From Callorhinchus milii (taxonomy: Eukaryota), in assembly GCF_018977255.1 (NCBI RefSeq), contig NW_024704743.1, forward strand, positions 90,646,001 through 90,710,000: a DNA stretch of 64,000 nucleotides, in the 5' to 3' direction. This document shows positions 56,270 to 64,000 of the stretch, one piece after another. Numbering within the stretch: position 1 is the first letter of the stretch; the number at the start of each line of letters is the position of its first letter. Made by a program: the position numbers and the translations under genes. Under the pieces are notes generated by a model that saw only the letters and a list, made by a program, of their open reading frames with translations, had not been told where the DNA came from and ran no database searches.

Positions 56270-56560
56270 CTGACGGGCGACGCCGCGCGCGGTGACGGTT
56301 GGCCGGGCTGCCCCCCCCCCTCACCCCTCGCGCGGTGACGGTTGGCCGGGCTGCCCCCCCCCCTCACCCCTCGCGCGGTGACGGTTGGCCGGGCTGCCCC
56401 CCCCCCCCGCACCTCGCGCGGTGACGGTTGGCCGGGCTGCCCCCCCCGCACCTCGCGCGGTGACGGTTGGCCGGGTTGCCCCTCACCCGCGCGCCACAGC
56501 CTTTGAAAATGTGGCGCCTGCGCAGAAGTGTGAGTTTGTGTGCCGTTAACGGGTGAGAGA
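56270..56560. promoter_or_regulatory. CpG-rich promoter of C18orf63 (probably bidirectional) with MYB-type sites, CHR and E2F-like motifs
   Basis: High CpG/GC; 5x CAACCGTCA (minus strand); CCGTTAACGG at 56543-56552; TTTGAA at 56502-56507 flanked by GCGCC/TGGCGCC. Confidence 0.7.
56286..56490. repeat. GC-rich minisatellite, 5 copies, period 43/43/43/39 bp
   Basis: Unit CGCGCGGTGACGGTTGGCCGGG(C/T)TG-Cn plus a short linker, starting at 56286, 56329, 56372, 56415, 56454. Confidence 0.95.
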
Positions 56561-56581
56561 GAGAGAGACAGACAGACAGAC

Positions 56582-57226
56582 ATGGAGCAGAGAAGAGGAG
56601 CAACTCGGAGCCCGTCATGGAGACAAGGACCCAGCCTGGGGCAGCTCAGAGAGAGGCAGGGGCCAGAGCGACTCAGAGAGAGACAGAAGCTGGAGCAAAT
56701 TAGAGAGAGACAACATCTGGAGCACATTAGGGAGAGGCAAAGTCTGGAGCTAATTAGGGAGAGGCAACGTCTCGAGCTAATTAGAGAGGGGCAGAGTCTA
56801 GAGCAGATTAGAGAGCGACGAAATCTGGAGCAAAGGAGAGAGAGACGGGGTCTGGAGCTCTTCAGAGAGAGACAGAGTCTAGAGCGGCTCCGAGAGAGAC
56901 AAAATCGAGAGCAAATCAGAGAGAGGCAAAATCTAGAGCGAACGAGAGAGCGGCAAAGTCTAGAGCAAATGAGACAGAGACAGAATCTGGAGCGACTCAA
57001 AGAGACACAAAGTCTACAGCAACTCAGAGAGAGACAGAGTCTGGAGCGACTCAGAGAGAAACAGAGTCTAGAGCAAATTAGAGAGCGACGGAGTTTGGAG
57101 CAACTCAGAGGGAGTCAGAATCTAGAGCGACTCGGAGAGAGGGCGGATAGGGTGGGAGACGTGAATCAGGCCAGGAGCCTCTTATTCTCTATAAAACAGC
57201 GTGTAAAGTTATTGTTCAACTTATGA
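56582..57226 (+). CDS. Hypothetical 214-aa E/R/Q/L-rich repeat protein (18 x 9 aa), single exon
   Basis: ATG in strong Kozak context (GACATGG) next to the CpG promoter; no stop or indel across 18 diverged 27-bp units; could still be a non-coding minisatellite. Confidence 0.4.
   Translation: MEQRRGATRSPSWRQGPSLGQLRERQGPERLRERQKLEQIRERQHLEHIRERQSLELIRERQRLELIREGQSLEQIRERRNLEQRRERRGLELFRERQSLERLRERQNREQIRERQNLERTRERQSLEQMRQRQNLERLKETQSLQQLRERQSLERLREKQSLEQIRERRSLEQLRGSQNLERLGERADRVGDVNQARSLLFSIKQRVKLLFNL
56651..57136 (+). repeat. 27-bp diverged tandem repeat, 18 units
   Basis: Approximate consensus GAG AGA CAR AGT CTR GAG CAA ATT AGA; exact 27-nt period throughout. Confidence 0.95.
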
Positions 57227-57242
57227 AACATTTTTAAAAAAA

Positions 57243-57560
57243 AATAATAATAATAATCCTTGCATTTGATATAGCGCTTTTCACGTCGGGAGGACCTCCC
57301 AAAGCGCTTCACAGAACACACTGTAAAGTGAATTGACTATATTTGTGGGCGAACGCGGCAGCCAATTGCGCACAGCAATGTCCCACAAACACTCGTAGAT
57401 TGAAAATGACCAATTTATTATTGTTTTGTTTTTGGAGGGATTATTATTAGGCTCTGTGTGGAGTAAGGAAACTTGCCCAAGGTTTCGCCCTCTGCCTGGA
57501 ATTGAACTCAGGTCTCTCACTTGCAAAGCGAGTGCTCTAACCACTGAGCTACAGGACTCC
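57243..57560 (-). mobile_element. Full-length young tRNA-derived SINE
   Basis: Reverse complement of the 43145-43473 copy. Confidence 0.9.
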
Positions 57561-58034
57561 ACCCTGTGCCTTGGGAACCTCCTCTCAGTGTAAAAGGTGC
57601 TACACAAATGCAATTTGTTGTTGTTATTTTCCAAAATGGACAGCAATGTTTAGAAGAAAGAAGAAATATTTTAAAAGTTGAAAAGATTAGAATAGGTTGA
57701 ATTTAGTGAAAGCTAAAGTATAACCGAGAGAGTTGGAGGAAAAAGGACAAGAGAAGAAATGCAGGTGAAATATTTAAATGTTTATATTTAAGATTCCTTT
57801 TTAATGTATTTTGTAGTTTATGATTAATAAAACTATCCTGATGTTTTAGTATACTGTCTATATTACTGTAATAGGTTTGGGAGAGTCATTGTCAACTGTA
57901 CATCGGCTAGAAACAGACCTAGTCAACTCATTGATTTTTTTAAAAAGCTAATGCAGTCTAATCATAATAAAAAAAAGTTTTGCCCATAATTGGCTGCTGA
58001 ATTCACTGACAAAACACACCATTTTATCTATTAT

Positions 58035-58444
58035 CATTCACGGCCTCGCTCCCTCCTACCTCTCCAACCTACTATCCCCCTACCTACCTGCCCGTACCCT
58101 CCGTTCCTCTGGCTCCGGTCTGCTCCACGTCCCCCGCCCCAACCGCCCTACCATCGGTGGTCGGGCCTTCAGCCTCTCAGCCCCGAGGCTCTGGAACTCC
58201 ATCCCCCAGTGCCTTCGCCGCCTCCTCCCTTTCCTCCTTCAAGGCCGGTCTCAAGACCTTTCTCTTTGACCGAGCCTTCAGCTCCCCTCTCGACTCTCTA
58301 CCCCCTCCTCGCTCCCTCCCTTCCCTCCCCTCACCCTGACCATTTCCCCCCTGCTCGGGTCATGACCCAACTGTGCAGCGCCTTGGGACGTCCTCCCGAC
58401 GTGAAAGGCGCTTTATAAATGGAATCTTGTTGTTGTTGTTGTTG
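58035..58444 (+). mobile_element. Young L2 3' fragment
   Basis: Near-identical to about 34770-35182. Confidence 0.9.
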
Positions 58445-58829
58445 TATTTGGGCTTGCTGGCCAGGATAGCGGGAGAAAGTCCTGTTTTTCAATAGTGCCA
58501 TGGGATATATTGTGTTAAGTAGATGGGACCGTGGATTAAAGTTTCATCCAGATATAGGGAATGGATAAACAGGATATGTTTTGGAAGTGGGGTATAGGCT
58601 ATGGAGATAAACAAAGTAAGAGATATGAGCGGTAAAACAAGTACAGATTGTAGACTGAACAAAAATTGAAAACAATAACAGATAGCACGGTTGCGAAGAG
58701 ATTTAAAAATGAGCATAAGGATTTTTAAATCAAAGCACAGGTAACCAGTGAACTTTGTCAAGAACATCGCCAATGGACCCGATGAATCTTGTGAGGGTAC
58801 AACTTGAACCAGAGTACTGGATGAGTTTA

Positions 58830-59260
58830 ATACAGTATATTCTGTGAAGCGCTTTGAGACCTCTGGAAGACGTGATAAGGTGCTACATCAAATGCCAGGA
58901 TTATTAGCTCAGTGTAGCTCAGTAGTTAGAGCACTTGCCTTGCAAGCGAGACATCTGGGTTCAATTCCAGGCAGGGTGAAACCTTGGGCAAGTTTCCTTA
59001 CTCCACACGCCTGATAATAATCCCTCCAAAAAAAAACACAATAATAAATAGGTCATTTTCAATCCACGACTGTTTGTGGGACACTGCTGTGCGCAATTGG
59101 CTGCCGCGTTTCGCCCTCAAATATGCGGTCAATTTACTTGACAGCATATTCTGTGAAGCGCTTTGAGATGTTTAGCAGCTGTGAAAAGCGCAATAATCAA
59201 ATGCAAGGATTTGCAAGGATTATTATTATATTATATGAAATGCAAGGATTATTATTGATC
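58830..59260 (+). mobile_element. SINE tail followed by a full tRNA-derived SINE
   Basis: Family head near 58915, tail motif duplicated at the 3' end. Confidence 0.82.
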
Positions 59261-59479
59261 GTCTCAAGAATTAAGTTAGGAAGTTCCATCCCTTCAGAGA
59301 GAGAGAGAGAGAGAGGAGAGGGCACAATCCATTCCATGGGAGTTCCCATCTGTAGTTTGTACGCCTGGAACTTCTTAACCGGTTTGGATACTCTTGAGCC
59401 TTTTTAATGCTTCAGCTAATTTTTCAGACACCGACTTGACCGAAAAAAAAGTCTGTGAGCAAACCATTTGTGTGCCATC

Positions 59480-59627
59480 CGGTGAGTGGCGGCTCGAGCG
59501 AACAATAACAGCGGCGGGAATGGGAACTGAGGGCGGGACAGGCGCTGCAGACGTAGCAATGAAAAACAAGGGGTTGGCATTGCGGATCCCACAGCACTCA
59601 TTCCGTCTCCGAGCTGTGCACAGCAAC
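59480..59627 (+). promoter_or_regulatory. CYB5A CpG-rich proximal promoter/5'UTR
   Basis: CpG enrichment; GC box GGGCGGG at 59531-59537, immediately upstream of the CYB5A ATG. Confidence 0.6.
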
Positions 59628-59750
59628 ATGGCCGACAAGGAGGAGGTGAAGTATTACACACTCAAAGAAGTGGAGCAACACAACAGCTTCGTTAGCAATT
59701 GGATCATCATTCATCACAACGTATACGACGTGACCAAGTTTCTCGAGGAG
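59628..59750 (+). CDS. CYB5A: Cytochrome b5 type A, coding exon 1 (rest lies beyond the window)
   Basis: [41 protein letters not shown] then GT donor, just before the expected HPGG exon; synteny with C18orf63/DIPK1C favours CYB5A over CYB5B. Confidence 0.93.
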
Positions 59751-62399
59751 GTATTTTACACTCGGCCACACTGTAATGACTAAGAAATCCTATTTTGTAA
59801 AAAGTAGATTTGTTTATTGACTTTGCCCTCTATGAATTAAATGCTTAGGTGGTTTCATGTTCCAGTGTTAATCAATATGTCGACGAGTTAGGGCGTGGGG
59901 GAGGAGAGAGGAAGGGAATTATTTTGAACGACTCTGCTTTCTTGCTGGAGAGTACACGTGCTTTTTCTCTGTTACCTGCCGAGAGCAGTGGGAAAAGTCA
60001 CATCAGATTCTCATTTTCTAATCGAAATTTCTGTTTGCAAATAGCAAAGATATCTACAGGTAATTACAACTTCAGAAACCCTACACTTTGGGGAAAGAGC
60101 GCTTGGCAGCCGTATGACATTTGCTGTCTGAAATTGTTCAGTACTTTGTGTGGTTTCGGCTGAATTTGAATTTAACTTTCTGGGTTGTCAGGAGCCAAGT
60201 GGGAAGAATTCCTGGTCCCAGTGAAAAGTCTGTCCTGCCAATGAGCCAGTCTGACTGATCTGATATCAGCAGTGCCCTAAAGTACTATAAATCTGTCTGG
60301 CTTAAGAATCAGACTCCCGAGACTGCCACAGAGAGCTGACTTGATTCCGACATATTATTGCCAAGCATGTCTGCTGGACTCCAAGAAGGTCCCGCTTAAC
60401 TCCCCTTTAAGAAGAATGGTTGCTAGTTGATCATTTGACATCCGACAAGCGGAGGTGTGACTCCTCACGAGGTGGATAGCAACTTCCTGCAAATTCTCTA
60501 ATGAGCACCACAACTCAACATGCAATGCATGAGCATTGGCTCATTCTCCTATCCACAGCTCCTACCTGCTGAACTGTGGTTCGTTCGACTGTTGAAGGTG
60601 CGGAGCTTGAGTATCAGCTGCTTACCAATCAAGGTGGATACCAAACCTTGGTTGGAGCATGTTCACAAACCTGGACTCTTGGTAACTCCTCCAAGCAGTT
60701 GTTGCCCAGGCCTCAGAATTTTCTCATCAGCTATTCACTGAATGTCTGCCTTCATTGTGGTGGGAGAACCTTTTGTGGTTTGGGGGGGGGAAATTGTCTG
60801 ACAAAAAAAAATCTGAAAAAAAATCAATTAATATAGTTTCCAAATACAGTAGTTCTAAACGTTTACAACTCATTGAAACTGGGCTAGCATTTGACCTGGA
60901 AAACAAGATGTAAGTTCTTGATGGGTCTTTTCAGCTTGGCAAAGATTCAGTTAGATAGTCCCTTGAAGGATGTGTATTTCTCTCTTCATTTTTTTATCCC
61001 AACATCCCACCAGAAGTAAAACTATTGACAATTTAGCAAATATTTGAAAGGCCATGTCTTGCTGCTAAGGTGAGCTCAGTCTGTATTTCTTATGGAATTT
61101 GGAAGAAAAACGTTTGCTGTTTATTCTTTTACTTCCTCAGTTGAGAGAGAAGAGTAAGGCAAAACAGTCATGTTGTGAGCAATACTCCTTGGCTGACCTA
61201 CTAGTAAGTGTGCTCGAGCAAGAAAGAACTCTTCTATTCAACGGAACAACTGAAATCCTGGGTAAAATGGAAACTAAATATTGTCTGTGAGAGTCCGGTT
61301 GCTCATGCAATTTCACATTTTCAGATCTCTAACTCTTTTACCAACTTGGAACAATCAGTTAGTTTACAACTGAGGTACAGGGAAGGGAACAAAGTCCACT
61401 TAGAAAAGTATATGGTGGAATAAACGTATTCTCAATGTGATAATAGTTTTATTCTGCCATATACTTTTCCACAGTGGATGTGGAATGTGACATATGGATA
61501 TTAATGTGACAGATGGTTGTTTTGTTCGTGATTTTAATCACCTTGTATTTGTAGGGATTGAATAATGAATATTGAATCGTGTCAGATTTATAACTTGTTT
61601 TCATTTGACTACCTGCAAGCTTGTGGAGGTTTTAATTCTTGAAAATCTTGGCCATTCATGATAAGCCTTCTTCAGACTGTTGGGGAATCTTGTAATGCTC
61701 CCAGCCAGCCTTCAGTTCTTAGCTCTAATCAGTGTGCCAATAGGTGGAAGTTCAAAGGCTTTCACAGTATATGAAAGTATATGACATCCTCCTGATGTGA
61801 AAGGCACTTTACAAATGTAATTTTGTTGTTGTATATAGTTTTACACAGTAGAAAAAAAAATGTCAGGCTGGTTGATGATTTAAGCATATGTCCCATCTCA
61901 TTCCACGATCGAGTTGAACTTCACTAGAACTAAAGAAAGCTAAGGGGTGATCTATTAGAGGACTTCAAGATTCAGAATAGAGGGAAAATAATGATAGATT
62001 CTTTCCACTCTGTGAGTGTCAGCAGCGATAGCTACTGACACCCAAACAATTAAAGGGAGGTAAAACAAATTGTTTACCCAGAAGGGGTGACTGCCATTTA
62101 ACAAATTAATTTAAAAGGGAATTTGATGGATTAATAAAAGGTACGGGGACCTTATACGAGAGTGAGATTTGATTAGGCAGCTCCAATGGAGAAAAACGCC
62201 AGAGTAGACTTGATAGGCCAAATGATCTGTTTTTGTCCTGTGACATTCTGTACATCTCTGGTCCTCATTTTACTTCTTTGCTGTGAGGTAGGATTAAATG
62301 CTGTGTCCTCTTAATTATATTCAAGATTTATCCAAACGTTATACGTATATAAACCGTTTCCGTATTCAACAATTATTATTTTCGAAACTGGGTGCTTCT

Positions 62400-64000
62400 G
62401 CTTGAGTCCTATAAAAAGGAGAAGACTTGCAAGAACCTCACTTGAGCAGAAAGCCCAGCTGCAGGAGGAGGGCACTGAGTGAGGTGGAACAGAATGAGAA
62501 TTTTGATAAGGAATTTGGTAAGAGTAAGAATTTGGTGAAGAGGGGGAAAAAGGTGCATAATTATGGTATATATAATAGTTATTAAAATAATATAAAACAT
62601 GTCTGGGAAAGAGGGAGGGCAGCTGAGATCAGTTGAATGCACAATGTAATGTGTACCATGTGGGAACTCCAGGATGGTTTGTGTGCCCTGGACAAACATG
62701 TGTAGGAAGTGCCTCTGGCTGCTTGGTTTCTGAGCTCAAGGAGAGGCTGGTGTCACTACATAGTATACGGGAAGCTGAATTGTTCCTGGATCATTTCAGG
62801 AGGTAGTCGCCCCACAGCCACAGAGGGTTCAGAAGGAGAGTGATGACCCGGCATGATAGGAAGAAGGAACGGGCAGTGTAGAAATCTTCTGATAGTGTGG
62901 CACTCACAAACTGGTTCTCTGTACTGAATACCGGTCAGGGTGATGACATCTCTGGGGAGGTGAGTCAAAAGCAATGGGGACAAGGGAAGTGTTTCAATGC
63001 AACTGTCATTGGGGTCACAATGGTGAAAGGAATAGACAGGCATTTCTGCAACCAAAGACGTGACTCTTGCACGGTATATTGCCTCCGTGGTGCCAGGGTT
63101 GAAGACATCATGAAACAGGTGCAAAACGTTTTACAGGAGGAAGGGGAACATCCAGAAGTCATGGTGCACATTGGGATCCATGATGTAGAGAAAAAAGGGG
63201 CTGAGATCCCACAGGGAGAGTATTAGAAGCTAGGGAAAAAGCTAAAAATTAGGACCTTAAAGGTGGTGATCTCTGGATTACTCCCAGTGCCTCGTGCAAG
63301 TGAGATCAAACGCATGAATACATGGCTGGAGAAATGGTGCAGAAAGGAGGGCTTCAAGCCCCTGGATCATTGGAACCAGTTCTGGGGCAGATCGGTTACA
63401 CCTGAACAGGGCCGGGACCAATGTCCTCACAGGGATGTTAACTAGTGCTGTGGGGAAGGGTTTAAACTAGTTTCGAGGGTTAAGGGAATCAGGATGTAGC
63501 ATTAGAGAGGACAAACAAGTTACATAGAGGGCTGGGAGAGACAAATACCAATATAATAAGGAATAGTCCAGAAAAAGGAGGGATAAGATGGGGGAAGAAA
63601 TGCAGAGCAGGCTCAGTTGGTCTTGGAGTGCATGTGCGTAAATGCATGGAGTGTGTCAAATAAGATTGGTGAGCTGCAGGCTCAAGTTGCGACATGGGAT
63701 TATGATGTAGTGGCATGAGGGAAAAAAAGGAGAGGGAGTGGTAATATTGATTAAAGACATGGTTAAGGCCCTGGAAAGGGACGATGTACTAGAGGGTCCA
63801 AAAACAGAATCTATTTGCTTTGAGTTAAGGAGAAGAAAAGGAGCTGTTACTCTGTTGGGTGTATACTATAGACCACCAAACAGTGGGAAGGAGATAGTGA
63901 GCAAATCTGTAAATAGATTTCGGAAAGATGCTAAACCAATAGAGCAGTGATAACGGGGGACTTCAATTATCCTAATATAGACTGGCAAAACAACAGTGTG
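62400..64000 (+). mobile_element. Degenerate CR1 LINE 5' region: ORF1 (Cys motif plus SGNH esterase) and start of APE endonuclease
   Basis: VIGVTMVKGID...CLRGARVEDI...VMVHIGIHD (decayed GDS/GxND esterase blocks); LLGVYYRPPNSG and GDFNYPNIDW endonuclease motifs; stops and frameshifts. Confidence 0.88.

Noticed and set aside
56286..56490. CRISPR-like array
   Set aside because: The spacers are near-identical C-runs rather than unique sequences, there are no cas genes, and the context is eukaryotic.
56233..57000. 255-aa Cys/Ser/Leu/Arg ORF on the minus strand
   Set aside because: Antisense shadow of the 27-bp and 43-bp repeats; no ATG start at the annotated position.
59394..59627. N-terminal extension of CYB5A in the ORF track
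   Set aside because: Begins at a non-ATG codon and crosses promoter sequence; ATG 59628 has a good Kozak context and matches the known N-terminus.
62897..63445. Host GDSL/SGNH esterase gene
   Set aside because: Decayed CR1 ORF1 esterase, directly followed by CR1 endonuclease remnants.

Overview
Vertebrate genomic DNA, very likely a cartilaginous fish (probably a chimaera; inferred from the tRNA-derived Deu-type SINEs, L2, CR1 and Penelope repeats). By hand I can build three genes in the order known from human 18q22.3. (1) A complete 4-exon DIPK1C/FAM69C on the minus strand (CDS 19275->2820, 414 aa). (2) A complete C18orf63 (DUF4708) orthologue with 14 coding exons on the minus strand (CDS 56038->33212, about 737 aa). 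(3) The first coding exon of CYB5A on the plus strand (59628-59750), head-to-head with C18orf63. Introns and intergenic DNA are dense with LINE/SINE fragments, some nested. The most interesting points concern C18orf63. Its conserved half has a pattern resembling an Argonaute N-L1-PAZ module without MID/PIWI, and it ends in a SAP-like motif. It contains a clear U12-type intron. Its CpG-rich promoter carries a 5-copy tandem array of MYB-type sites plus a MYB palindrome and a CHR element. Directly across that promoter lies an unexplained 214-codon ORF built from 18 indel-free 27-bp repeats. Exon boundaries were read base by base; repeat boundaries are approximate. Homology calls come from recalled protein sequences, not database searches.
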